From Lama guanicoe (taxonomy: Eukaryota), in assembly GCA_013239625.1 (NCBI GenBank), contig MU054187.1, forward strand, positions 11,793,893 to 11,857,892: a stretch of DNA of 64,000 nucleotides, read 5' to 3'. This document shows positions 40,760 to 53,238 of this stretch, in pieces; the first letter of the stretch is position 1; each line of letters starts with the position of its first letter. Below the pieces are notes generated by a model that did no database searches, was not told the origin of the DNA, and worked only from the letters and a program-made list of their open reading frames with translations. A program made the position numbers and the translations under genes.

Positions 40760-41640
40760 ATGCATTTGAATCGCCCGCTCCTTCAGGAGACAGGCTCCTT
40801 CCCTTAACCAATCAGATGAGTCCTTGTGGTTACCTGACAGCGGATGTGCGTTCTCATTGGCGGACTCTGCCGCCGTCTGGACGCAGGCGCGGTGCTCACC
40901 TCAGCTGTGGAAAGACCGGGAAGGCGCGTGCCGACCTAGGGAGTGTGCGGATGCTGAGAGGACTGTCTCCCGCGTGGCCTGTGGGGACTCGCAGTCTCTG
41001 GAGGTGTTGCCGCAGTCGTGGATACAGGGATACTCATTTCCCTCAGGTTAAAGGTAAGGGCTGTGCCGGGGGCGAGGGTGGTGCCGGGGGCAGAGGCGAG
41101 GAGCGGTGGTCTGGGGTCTATAGATGTGGTGAGCGGAAGCGCCCAGGGCCGCTGTGGCCGAGGCTTCTGTCTTCCTCCCCCGTCTCCGGTCCTCCTCCCC
41201 CGTTCTTCGGGTCCCTTCTCCCGTCTTCGGGTCCCTTCTCCCGTCTTCGGTCCTCCTCCGCCGTCCCCTGTCTTCAGGTCCCCTCCCCCGTCTTCGGGTC
41301 CCCCCTTCACCGTCTTCGGTCCTCCTGCCCCGTCTTTGGTCCTCCTGCCCCGTTTTCGGTCCTCCTTCCCCGTCTTCGGGTCCCCTCCCCCGTCTTCGGG
41401 TCCCCCCCATCTTCGGGTCCCCCCTTCCCCATCTTCGGTCCTCCTTCCCAGTCCTCGGGTCCCCTCCTGCCCCGTCTTCGGACCTCCTCTCCAGTCTCCG
41501 GGTCCCAGAGGGCACGGCCTTCCTGACCCGGGCCTGGCCAGCTTCGTTCCGCTGGCCTCGGGGCCTGCGTCAGCCCCAGAGGAGGTGCCGCCAGCGAGCT
41601 CAGGCTGAGCGGGGCCAGCTTTCTGTTCGGGGGACGGAGG
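40760..41640 (+). promoter_or_regulatory. Second CpG island: putative promoter and first exon ending at 41053, parent gene unidentified
   Basis: CpG-rich block; CCAAT at 40808-40812 and ATTGG at 40856-40860; TTTGAA (CHR-like) at 40765-40770; strong donor AAG|GTAAGG at 41053/41054. Confidence 0.6.
41170..41505 (+). repeat. GC-rich minisatellite, ~16 units of ~20 bp, consensus CCCCGTCTTCGG(G)TCCTCCT
   Basis: Tandem degenerate units read directly from the sequence; accounts for the low-complexity ORFs on both strands. Confidence 0.92.
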
Positions 41641-42444
41641 ACGGTTTGGTAAGAGGACTGCCGGCTCATTTTGTGTCATGTGTGCGACTCTGACGGACTG
41701 GTCAGCACGGGTATGAGTGCCTCGGAGACACTTCTCATGGGCAAAATGGGCAACACTTTTAAGTGTTCCCCTAGAGTTCTTAGAGTTCTGATTTCGGTTG
41801 CCTGGATCTACGTAGGTTTTGCTCTCAGCTTGGAGTTCGTCGTAAATTTTGAATTCTTTTTTTAACTTTTCTATTTCCTCCTCTTTATTCTGCTGGTGGA
41901 ATTGAGTTATTGTTGACCAGATAGTTTTTGCCCTCATGTGGCTTTAAGCAGGTGACTTACTGGAGGGAAGAAGCTGAAGAGGGGAGCAAACTTACCCTAT
42001 TTCAGGAGAGAAGAGGAAACATACAGGATTTGGGTCTTAAAAGGTTAACTCTAAGGACAAGGCATGCAAAATAAGATTTTTAGGTTGGGGGCGGGGCTTT
42101 GAACATGCAGCTTCTCTCAGAATTCTGCAGTAGAAAATTCTCAGGGCTGGAATGACAATTTTGGGGTGATGGACTTCTGAGCCAGAAGAGATTTTCTTTC
42201 TTTTTTTTTTTTTTAGTTTTATTGATCTCTTTAATATTGAAAGTAGATGATATTAATTTATCTAAAACTGCACAGAATTCCAAGTGTATTAGTAGAGATC
42301 TGAACCAGGAGAGAGACAGTTATTCTTTTTGGTTCTTTTGTGAACCTGTTATGAAGTCTTCACTCAGCCTTTACATACTGTTTGTTGATTTTATTTTCTA
42401 TTTTCTCCCGTGTGTACAGTGGCAGTTTAGCTTTAGATTCTTTT

Positions 42445-42895
42445 TTTTTTTTTTTAACATTTTCATTGATTTATAATCATTTTACAATGTTGTGTCAAAT
42501 TCCAGTGTTCAGCACTATTTTTCAGTCATTCATGGACATATACACACTCATTGTCACATTTTTTCCTCTGTGTATGTTATCATAACATTTTGTGTATATT
42601 TCCCTGTGCTATACAGTGTAATCTTGTTTATCTATTCTACAATTTTGAAATCCCAGTCTATCCCTTCCCACCCTGTACCCCCCTGGTAACCACAAGTCTG
42701 TATTCTCTGTCCATGAGTCTATTTCTGTCCTGTATTTATGCTTTGTTTTTGTTTGTTTGTTTGTTTTTGTGTTTGAGATTCCACATATGAGCGATCTCAT
42801 GGTATTTTTCTTTCTCTTTCTGGCTTGCTTCACTTAGAATGACATTCTCTAGGAGCATCCATGTTGCTGCAAATGGCATTATGTTGTCGGTTTTT
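42445..42895 (-). mobile_element. Young-looking L1 3' end
   Basis: Poly-T then aacattttcattgatttataatcattttacaatgttgtgtcaaattccagtg...; highly similar to the copies at 52376 and 53010. Confidence 0.85.
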
Positions 42896-44974
42896 CATTC
42901 ATCATGAAAATTGCAATTACATAATAAAGACGCATTGAGCTTAGAACTAAAATAGAATTTTAAAAAGTGGACTCTTTGATTATAGATTGTATTTAAAAAA
43001 ATTTTGTTTTTATATTGTCAAATTTTAGAAATGGTATGGCTGAACAGTTTCTTTCATCCTTTTGTTAATCATAAGATTTAGTCATGGCCCTTGGTCTTTG
43101 AAATAAGTATCAGGTTTACTTACTTAAAGGTGTATTTGGTACCTTTTTTTCCCTGAGTACCACTGACAGGTTGAAAATGCTTGCCATATTTTTGCATATT
43201 TTTGTTACTATTTCCAATGAAAATAATGAATACTTAAATTTCTGGAAGGCAAAGACATTTTTGTGTAACGTATTTCTTCAATTGTTGGTATGCTTTGAGT
43301 GCACAATTAATAAATGACTATTTGATATAATTACTATGTTATAAATCAAGTTTTCATAACTGATGAAAAATTAAACTTTTTTAGGTCAGTTGAAAATACC
43401 AACTTTTATCTTGGATTCATGGGTATGATTTGGGAAATTCTGAAGTGAAGATCGTCTCTCATGAACCCTTATATTTATGTTAGCATTTCCTTACCTGTGG
43501 TTATGTGAGATGCTTTGAAATTATAAGCATGTTCTTGAAATGTACATTTTTAAAAATTACAGATCTTTAAGATCATTCTTATTTAAAATTGTGAGAATGG
43601 CTTTGAAAACCTATTCTACTAGTTAATATAAAGAACAATTTTCTTAGCTTGTCTTTGGGATATCTTTGCACTAATGTGAACACTCACTAGCCAATCTCAA
43701 ATTCAGGATTTGCAGAATAATCAACAATTGTTAATAGCTATATATATTCAGAATAAACAATAAAGTGGAAGACAGTTTATAATATAACCAATGTTGGTCC
43801 TCCTTTCCCCCCAACTTTATTGATATATAATTGACATAAAATTAAGATGTACAATGTGATGATTTGATGCAACAATTTATTGCAAAATGCTTATGTTGGT
43901 CTTCTTTTAAAGAAAACATTACATCATGAAGATTCAGTCTGATTCATACAGGTCTTCATAGCTCTATTCTTCACTTTCTTTATTCCTAGAATTTTTAACC
44001 ATCACTTTCAAGCATGTTTAAATGTCAGTTTTAATCATAAGGTAGGTCATGCCAATCACACATGTAGTATACTGCCCCCAAGATGTCATTTTTTTTTAGA
44101 TTAAAATGCCACTAAAATATTCCCTCTGGAAGTGATTTCCTCCAGTTTTTCCTCTCTCATGCACCATGAATTAGAAACCTTTTGCTGTTGAAATGATGAA
44201 ATACCAACCTCAAATAAGACTGCCAATGAGATTACAAGGATTATGGAGCAAATGGCAAAAATAGAACAAAACATTTTTAGGACATAGTTTTTAGTCTGTT
44301 ATTTTTATTTTAGATTTTTATTCTTGTAAAATGTTTAAGATGTTTTAAGACACATAGACCCACATAATGAAAGTAAGAGTAATAGCTCACAATTTATTAC
44401 ATGCCAGATGATGCACTAAGCACTTCACATGCGTTTTCATATTTAGTCCTAGTTCAAACCTGTGAGGGTTAGGTAACGGTTTACATCTTCATTATGCAGA
44501 TGAAGGTATTTAGGCTTAGATTAGTCAAGTGGCAGATGCAAGCTCTGAAACTTAGTAAAACCAAAGCCCCCTTTAGTAGGAAAATTTATGATTTAATAAT
44601 AGTAATAGCAGATGGAAAAGATATGTTCTCATCTGTGATCATCTGAATATTATAGTTGCTTAGTGATTGATTAAATAGCTAAAAATTAAAAGCAAAGTGG
44701 AGAATTTGGGCTTTCTTCTTACCGAAATAGTTATACAAAATTATCAATGGAGATGGATTTTTTGTTTAATCAGGATTAAATTCAAAATAAATTTTTGCCA
44801 TCAGGATATTTCTCAGTGAGTTTTGATAGCATAATAGAAAATAATGCCAACTATGGTTTTACGGAAGATACAGAAATTCAGTTATAGTTTCTATGCTGAT
44901 ATTTTTAGTTGCAGTAAGTGTGAGAGGGAGCTCACTGAAACCGTCTGTGGTTAAGACTAATCTCAAAGACTGTG

Positions 44975-45530
44975 TGCAGCACTGTGTTTGTTGCAGCATC
45001 ATTTACATTAGCCAGGTATAGAAGCAACCAGAGTGCCTGTCAGCAGATGAATGGATATAGAAGATGTGAGCTACACACACACACGGAATATTGCTCAGCC
45101 ATGAAAAGAATGAAATGTCATCTGTGATGGACCTAGAGGGTATTATGCTAAGAGAATAAGTCAGAGAAAGACAAATACCATTTGATCTCACTTATATATA
45201 TGTGGAATCTAAAAAAACAAAACAAATGAACTAACATAGCAAAACAGAATATACTTATAGATACAGAGAACAAACACATGTTGGTTGCCGGAGGGAAGGG
45301 AGGTGGGGAGATGAGTGAAATAAGTGAGTGAGACTAAGAGGTACGTACTTCCAGGGACGAAATGAGCAGTGTGAGGAATAGTCAGTTATATTGTAGTATC
45401 TCTGTATGGTGACAGCTGTAATGAGACACATTGTGGTGATCATTGAGTTATGTATAGTAATACTGAACGACTGTGTTCTGCACCTGGAACCAACATAGTG
45501 TTGTAGGTCAGTTAAACTTCAGTTAGAAAA
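44975..45530 (+). mobile_element. L1 3' end
   Basis: gcagcatcatttaca...gaagcaacc...cagatgaatggata...tggacctagagggtattatgctaag...gacaaataccat...tgtggaatctaaaaaa. Confidence 0.8.
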
Positions 45531-45734
45531 ATGTAGACAATTAAAAATCAAGATGCTAATGATGGTTATCTTTGGGGGAGATTATGGGTGATGGTTAATT
45601 TTTACTTTATACTTTTATGTATTTCTAGTTGTCTGCAAGGAACGTTGTATTGTTTGTAAAATTAGAAAGAAAACAATAAATGTTACTAAAAATGAAAAAA
45701 GAAAGACGGCAAAACAAAAGCAAAAAATGATGAG

Positions 45735-46140
45735 GTGTCTCAGTTGGAGTTCAGCCAGGGGGGAAAAGCTGTGTGGTGTGCGTATGTGAGGGGAGGTACT
45801 GCGTGCACCTCGTTTCTGAGATGGAGAGGCCTGGGTGGGTGAGCCTGGGTCCTCCACGCAGCTGGCCTTGAGAGATCTTAAGTGGGATAGGACCTGAGGC
45901 CCTCGCTCTCTGTAGTGTCTGAGCTCAGGGAAAGCCTGAGCCCTCTTTAAAGGCCTCACCTGATTAAGTCTCACTCACCCAGGATCATCTCCCATTTTAT
46001 TTGCTCAAAATCACTTGAATAGGGACCTTAATTCCCTCTGCAAGATCTTTTCACCTGTGCCGTGTAACATGCCCTCATCATGGGGTGGTAGCCCGTCATG
46101 TTGTTGGCTTGGTCCTCACTGCAAGGGAGGGCATTCGAGT
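45735..46140 (-). mobile_element. MLT1-type MaLR LTR remnant
   Basis: cctgattaagtc...cacccaggatcatctccc...tagggaccttaatt...tctgcaagatc resembles antisense MLT1E/F. Confidence 0.55.
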
Positions 46141-47809
46141 GCACGATATTCAAGGGCTTCTCCTGAGGCTCTGTGACCTCCTTTCATTGCCCCGTGGAAG
46201 CTCTTCAAGGGCCCTCTCAGTACAAGAAAAGTTTTAAAGCCCTTCTCTCCACAAACCCACCCATCGGCATGTCTCCTCATGACATTCCTGAACACCGGGG
46301 ATAAAGCAAGCTATATATTTTTTGCTACTCTGCTATGGAAGGGCTAAGCTTGGCCCAGTCTGTCGGTCCCAGTAATTTCTGTGACCCTGTAGCATTTTTA
46401 GACTCCTGTTTCACAGTGATCAGCTATTCTGTGCCAAAAGGTGACACCATTGAGAAGCAAATAAAAAAAATATTCTTTCGACCCTTTAACTGTCCTAACT
46501 TTACCCATTATTTGACTTAAGGAGAACTGGCTATTATAAAAAAAAAAAAACACACGCCATCATCTAAGGATAAAAGCCTTTGTTTTCTTCCCATCAGCCA
46601 CCTGGCAGAATAGTTTGGATACATTTATGGAAGATTTCAATTAATGCTAGAAGACTCTCTGAACTTGGTCTATGTAATAAAAACGTCATCCTACAGGACT
46701 AGTTTAAATTTCTTAATGAGTCTAATTTCGTATAGCCAATGCATAGAGATCACTTAATGAGGACAGTTGTTCAGAAATAGCTTTGACTTAGAAATGAGCC
46801 AGTTTGATGTGCCCAGTGCCAAAATATCACTTATTATGTTCCAGGCTGATCTTTTATACTTCTGGAAGCCTTGTGATACTCAGTTGAAAATTAGATTTTC
46901 AAGCCTTCATGAGTGGAATTGTTTGAAGGGTAAGACTGTGAGTAGTTTTTTTCCCTGAAGAGTGCCTTTGGTTTTGGCAGGTGGTTAACCTCGCTGGACT
47001 GAAACTCCAGTTCCTTTCTCTCTAGTGCCATGCGCAGTTGCTTGTACTGTTTGTGCTGTGGTATTTCCGTTTCTAGCTGCTGCCGTTAACCTGGCCTCCC
47101 CTGAGCATGCATGGTATAGTGCAAGAATTTGGGCCAGTTTTATCGACAGATTTTGTGGCTACCTCTCTCATCCAGGACTTAGCTCATCTGATTTTCTGCT
47201 CATGAGCCCCAAAGTGTGTCCTCTGACACATGAGGTGTCAGTAAGCAGCTTTCACTTGCCTGAGCTGCAGGCAGAGGCGCAGGGTATGCCCCGAGCCAAA
47301 GGCAGCTTCTTATAGATCACCTGGCTACTCTTGTCTTCAGAAAGGTCTGCTGCCCACTTTCTCTCTGCCTTTATTCCCTCTCAGGTGCCTTCAAAGAGAT
47401 TCTGAAAAATATTTCTTCCAAGTTTTACAATTTTTAATCAATGGGAAGATTAGCCCAACTGACTGATCCATCATTTCCCAAAGCCAGAATAAGTCAAAAG
47501 AGAAATAAATCTAAAAGGTGATACCAAAACTGAAGGCCACTAACCGATATAGAGTGGCTAATACAGGGTTTTGTTAAGAATATTACTTGCCTAATCTGAG
47601 ACACTTTATTTCTAGTTATACAGGCTAATTTTCTGTTAGATGCTTTTACCACATAATGGTTGGTCAAAGCATCTTGATTATTTTCACCTGAATTTGTCCT
47701 AAGTCTGAGCTACAGAAATGATAGGAAATTAAGAAAGGAAAGAATGTGACTGGACTTTGTTCTTTTAAACATCAAAAAATCACACTTCTTTTTTTTTCTC
47801 TAATGTCAC

Positions 47810-48340
47810 CTTTTTTTAAATTGCAGTATGGTTAATTTACAATGTTGTATTAGTTTCTGGTGTACACCAACGTGATTCAGTTATATGTATATATATTCTT
47901 TTTCAGATTCTTTTCCGTTATAGGTTATTACAAGATATTGAATATAGTTCCCTTTACTATACAGTAGATCCTTGGTTTTTAATCTAATTTATATGTGGAG
48001 TGTGGATATGTTAACTTCAAACTCCTAATTTATCCCTCCTCCCCTTTCCCCCAGTAACCTTAAGTTTGCTTTTCTATGTGAGTCTTTTTTCTGTTTTGTA
48101 ATAAATTCATTTGTGTCATTTTTTTAGATTCCACTTATAAGAGCTGTCATGTGGTATTTGTCTTTCTTTCTCTGACTTACTTCACTTAGTATGATAATGC
48201 CCAGACCATCCATGTTGCTACAAACGGCATTATTTCATTCCTTTTTGTGGCTGAGTAGTATTCCATTGTGTGTATATATATGCACCATATCTTCTTTATC
48301 CACTCATCTCTCTGTGGACATTTAGGTTACTTCCATGTCA
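47810..48340 (-). mobile_element. L1 3' end
   Basis: tttacaatgttgtattagtttctggtgtac...ttagattccacttataag...tggctgagtagtattccattgtg...ggacatttaggttacttccatgtc. Confidence 0.85.
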
Positions 48341-50113
48341 CTCAAGCAGTTCTTGAGGATCAGAGTAATTACAAAAACATGGTTATTATGAAGTTTCACA
48401 ATGACAGCTTCTAATCCAGAGAGTGATGTGAACTATAGTAAAAAGCACACAAAGCATAACTTTGCAGTTAGTAATTGTGACTTCTCAAAACACAATCCAG
48501 AGGCTTATAAATAGACTACAAACTAATTTCCTTGGATAAAAGAAAATGAAAAGTGTGAATGTTAGAGGCTCATTGTTTGAGTCTGAGGAGATAATTGCAT
48601 TGTTATATTTCTCCCTAGAATTTAATTTTCACATTTATAGGGTTGATAGAAGTAGATTAGTAGCTTATCTTGTTTGATAGAATGAAACTGGAATGGTTTA
48701 TTATCTGTTTCATTGTGGAGTCTTAGAATAGTGTTTCAAATTATTTGCATAATAGTTAAACCAGCTTAATTGTATTCACTTTCTTATATAACTTTAACCT
48801 TCTTACATTAAGAATTTCAACTCTTTTAAATTTTAATTTTCAATTGTTGATGGAGTACCCATAATTATTTTGGAGTTACTAATTATTAGTACAGTGTGAA
48901 AATGACATGAGAAATCTATCAAACTTTTGTCTTACTTGAATTGTCCCTTTTTGTGTAACAGACATAAAATTTACTCCAACCTAATCTTCGAAAACAGTTG
49001 TGTAACTATTACTAATCCTATTTCAAACAACAGTCTAATAGTCAAAGACATAGAGGAAACTTAAAGTCAGTTGAACAAGGAATGTTAGAGCAAGAGGAAG
49101 AGTAAGAAGCCACAGAGGGAGGTATTGTAACCAGTAGAACATTAGTGCTTTTTGGTTTTTGTTTGTTTGTTTGTTGCTGTTATTTTAAGAACTATAGAGA
49201 ACCTGAAGACATACAGAGTTCTTGAAGATCAGAATGAAGCCTGGGAGGGAGAATGGAAAGGGAGCATGGTGAAGGTGGGAGCATTAAAATAAATAGGGAT
49301 TTAAGGGGCACGTTTAGTTGGTATCAGAGGAGCGATTGTTCCCTCATAGCACAGGGAGCTCAGAGCAGCAGCCCTCTAGGAGTGAACACCCCTGTGGTCC
49401 AGGTTAGAAACCACAGTGGTGGGAATGAACTGTAGCTTTGATTAGTTCAGAAGAAATCATCATTATCCCTGACACCCTTATGAAGAAGGAGATCGTTATC
49501 ACCATCATCAACACCGTTTTCATGGTCAAAATCATTAAAATTTATTGAAGGATTTATTTTAGCCCAGAGACTTTGCTGAAAACTTCTCATCCATTAGTCA
49601 TTTTTTCTGATACTAGCTGGGAGATTCTTTTGTTAGCTTTATTTACAGACGGGAAAACTGAGGTTTAAAAAGGTTTACTTAACTTGTCCTAAGGTCACAG
49701 AGGTGATAAGGGGCAGAGATTGGACTCAAAATTGGATTTTCTGTCCCCATACTTATGCTCTTAGTCATCAATAATAAAAATAATAATCTGGAAAGAATAT
49801 GAAGCCTCAACTCCCAATTTTAAGATCTCTGGTTTAGCGTTTGCCATAAAGCAATGTAAAATTTTGTGTTGAAACCAAAATAAGTTTCTAGCGGTGTGAA
49901 TAATTTGCAACTGTGAGATTTATTTTTGCAGTCTCCTACTTTGGTTCTGGTAGAGATCGAGCTGCTCGGAGAGGAGATTTTGACCATCATTATTTCTAAG
50001 GCTGTCAGAGGGTTGCATTTTTCACAGAACACATTTACAGCAAAGTTCTCTTGATGTTATAAACTTGTATTTTTTTAAACTGTTGCTTATATTTTTTATT
50101 GTCTCTCTCTCAG

Positions 50114-50278
50114 GAAAGATTGGATGTAGGGGTGAGGAAAGAAGTTGATAGTATGGGGACGTCGGAAATAAAGTACGGAGACTCAGTGTGCTACATACAG
50201 CACATAAACAGCGGCCTGTGGCTCAACTACCAGTCTGTGGACGTGACGTCTGTGAGGATGCAATCCATACAGCGTAAG
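50114..50278 (+). pseudogene. RYR2: Diverged RYR2 exon (matches human exon 13, N-terminal MIR-domain region), 165 nt, phase 0/0
   Basis: ERLDVGVRKEVDSMGTSEIKYGDSVCYIQHINSGLWLNYQSVDVTSVRMQSIQRK versus recalled human EKLDVGVRKEVDGMGTSEIKYGDSVCYIQHVDTGLWLTYQSVDVKSVRMGSIQRK (8/55 differences). Acceptor tctctctcag| and donor AAG|gtgaga intact. RYR2 homology is firm; pseudogene status is inferred. Confidence 0.9.
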
Positions 50279-51609
50279 GTGAGAGGCTGTCAGAACCCTG
50301 TGTGGCGGTCATTCTATACGACTAAAGAACCCAGCGTGACAACCAGAGGTGGCCAGCCCTTCAGCCACCTGCTAACCGTCATTGTTTACATGCTAATGGT
50401 TCCATCCCACGCTCATCCACTCAGTTCTGTGCAGTGAACCAGGCTGGATGTTACATCAGTGGTTTAAATATTAAGTGAAGAAATGTGCTGCTCCTTCCCG
50501 GGTTCTAGCTTAGTCTGCCCCATTCCCCTGGTCCTCCAGGTGCTGCTGGCATTATGCTTCTGAAATGCAGAAGTTCTCATCCCGTCCCCTCTGCATCCTT
50601 CAGCTACACACCCCACTGCTTACAAGACAGCAGCTACACATCTAGGGAGTGCATGACGCCCTTCCCAACCTGCCCCAGCCTCTTCCTCCTGTCTGCGCAG
50701 GCTCCGGGAGCCCTCCGCAGTGTTCCCACACCACCACTCACTCACAGCATAGTCCTTGTAGCCCCTCAGAGAAGCACGGCCTTCACACGTCTGCGCCCTT
50801 GCAAATAGTTTCCTCTGCTTGGGATGCCCTTTAAAACTTTTTTTTTTCTCCACCCAATTCCTATCCATCCTCCAGAGATGAAAAGATGGTCTTAGAAGTT
50901 CTTCCTGACTAAGCTCATCCTGCACACCCTTCTTTGTGTTCTCATAATATTGTGTATAACTTACTAAATTTTATGTGTGCTGTCTGTGCTATTTTATCTA
51001 CTAGGCTACGTGCCTCTCTCACTGTCTCTCATTTGTGAGATTCCTTAGGTTGAGTAGAGTAATTCTACAGACTGTTCAGATTTCACGTTTTTATGTCACC
51101 ATGTAACACAGTGAAGAATCTAATAACAGGACAAATATTATTTTTATGAACATGAGACCTTGGGTCTCTTTATTCTCAGTAGATTTACTCATCATAACAT
51201 ACATGTTCCAGTAAGGATTGCTCAGAGTTACTATGATCTCTTCAGGGTGACCAGTGCTGATTTTAGTGAAGTCGGGGGCTGGCTCTGTTTGGATGGAGCT
51301 GGTCTTAGGTGCGTCCCTGTACCACCTTCCTCAGAGCTGTGGATCGAGAGCCAGACCCGGATCATTTTTACAATGAGATGATCACTTGTGTCTGGGGTCT
51401 TTGATCCAGGCTCATCAGTTTGAATGTATTTGTTTGTATTCAGTATTTGTACGTCATTCACTATTTCCTGCAGCTAAGCCTGGCAGTTTTTAACTTTTTA
51501 TTATGGGGAAAAATAGTGCAATTTGACCCTGTGTGTTCATCAGTCATCTTCAACATTTTCAATGCTCTCCTACTTTCTTTTTTTCAAGGTAAAGGGGAGG
51601 AAAAAACAA

Positions 51610-52040
51610 ATTCACATGTAGCTATTTGGTGCTTGAATGTGGCTAGCAGTATAAGAACTGAATTTTTAGTTTTGCTTAACTTTACTTTAAATTTAAAAGC
51701 TTATACTTAAGTTATTAGAAAGCTTGTATGCATGTTTGGAACAACTTGGCTATGTGAATGTACTTTCCCAACTATAAATGTCATGAATTCTAAAAAAAAT
51801 CGGGTATTTTCACTAATAACTTAGTATTCAAATCAAGTTATTCTAGAAGCATAAAATACATACTGAATTATGAAGACAAGGAATAAAAAAAGTAAAATAT
51901 CTCATTTACAAGTTTGTATATTTATTACATGTTGAAATAATAATATTTTCCATACAGTGAATAAAATCAAACAAGTATTAAAATTAATTTTACCTTTTAA
52001 AAACACATTAATGTTAGTTCTGGAAAATTCAAAGCTACAT
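51610..52040. mobile_element. Charlie1/MER33-like hAT fragment
   Basis: cacatgtagctattt...ttgaatgtggctag...tgtgaatgtactttcccaactataaatgtcatgaattctaaa...tttattacatgttgaaataataatattt. Confidence 0.55.
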
Positions 52041-52375
52041 GTTTTAAAAGAACTTCCTCACCACCCATCAGACCGCCTAGTGCTTCCCTCCCACCACTAC
52101 TACTCTCAGGGATAAACCTTACCCTTGCTTGTCGTATTCTAGAAGTGAGTTTCATTGTTGGGCTTTTTATTTTATTTTATAGGTAATGATTTTATTAGAT
52201 TTGCCATTTTGCATTCTGTGTTGTTAAACCTTAATATTTACCAGAAGGTTAGAAGTTCAAAATACGATTTCACAAATCATAAAGAACAGAGAGAGGAAAC
52301 AAAGAAAATTCTTAACTAAGATACTACTTTGTAAGAGCTGTTGTCTAACATCGTTTTTTCCTTAGCATCATTATT

Positions 52376-52896
52376 TTTTTTAACATTTTTTGTATCATTT
52401 TACAATGTTGTGTCAAGTTCCAGTGTAGAGCACAATTTTTCAGTTATACACGAACATATATATATTCATTGTCACATTTTTTTCTCTGTGACCTAACATA
52501 AGATCTTGTATAAATTTCCCTGTGCTATACAGTATAATCTTGTTTATCTGTTCTACAATTTTGAAATCCCAGTCTATCCCTTCCCACCCCTCGCCTCCTT
52601 GGCAACCACAAGTTTGTATTCTATATCTATGAGTTTTTCTGTTTTGTATTTATGCTTTGTTATTTTTTTAGATTCCACATATGAGCAATCTCATATGGTA
52701 TTTTTCTTTCTCTTTCTGGCTTACTTCGCTTAGAATGACATTTCTCCGGGAGCATCCATGTTGCTGCAAATAGCGTTATGTTGTCAGTTTTTATGGCTGA
52801 GTAGTATTCCATTGTATAAATACACCACATCTTCTTTATCCAGTCATCCATTGGTGGACATTTAGGCTGTCTCCATGTCTTGGCTATTGTAAATAG
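52376..52896 (-). mobile_element. 5'-truncated L1 with TSD
   Basis: TSD ttccttagca(t/c)cattatt at 52358-52375 and 52897-52914. Confidence 0.9.
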
Positions 52897-53009
52897 TTCC
52901 TTAGCACCATTATTGAAAGTTTAACATGGCATATGGTTACATGAAAAGTATAGGTAAAAATGATAACATGTAGACATACATTTTTGAAGAAATAGAAGTA
53001 AGTTTCAAT

Positions 53010-53171
53010 CAGAAAATCGCAGGAAATATACACAAAATGTTATGATAAATCACAGAGAAAAAAATGTGACAATGAGTGTGTATATGTCCATGAGTGACTG
53101 AAAAATTGTGCTGAACACTGGAATTTGACACAACATTGTAAAATGTAAATCAATAAAAAAATGTTAAAAAA
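53010..53171 (+). mobile_element. L1 3' end running into the gap
   Basis: Reverse complement of the terminal ~160 bp of the 42445 and 52376 copies; A tail abuts the Ns. Confidence 0.85.
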
Positions 53172-53238
53172 NNNNNNNNNNNNNNNNNNNNNNNNNNNNN
53201 NNNNNNNNNNNNNNNNNNNNNNNNNNNNNNNNNNNNNN
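53172..53238. other. Assembly gap (67 N)
   Basis: Run of N, with A tracts on both sides. Confidence 1.

Noticed and set aside
41065..41105. Faint similarity of gccgggggcgagggt to RYR2 exon 1
   Set aside because: Too short and GC-rich; no ATG and no EIQFLRT continuation.
41170..41505. CRISPR-like array
   Set aside because: Eukaryotic DNA; adjacent degenerate units without unique spacers.
40816..41937. Long overlapping ORFs (155-333 aa) on both strands
   Set aside because: Explained by the stop-poor CpG island and minisatellite; low-complexity translations with no recognisable domain.
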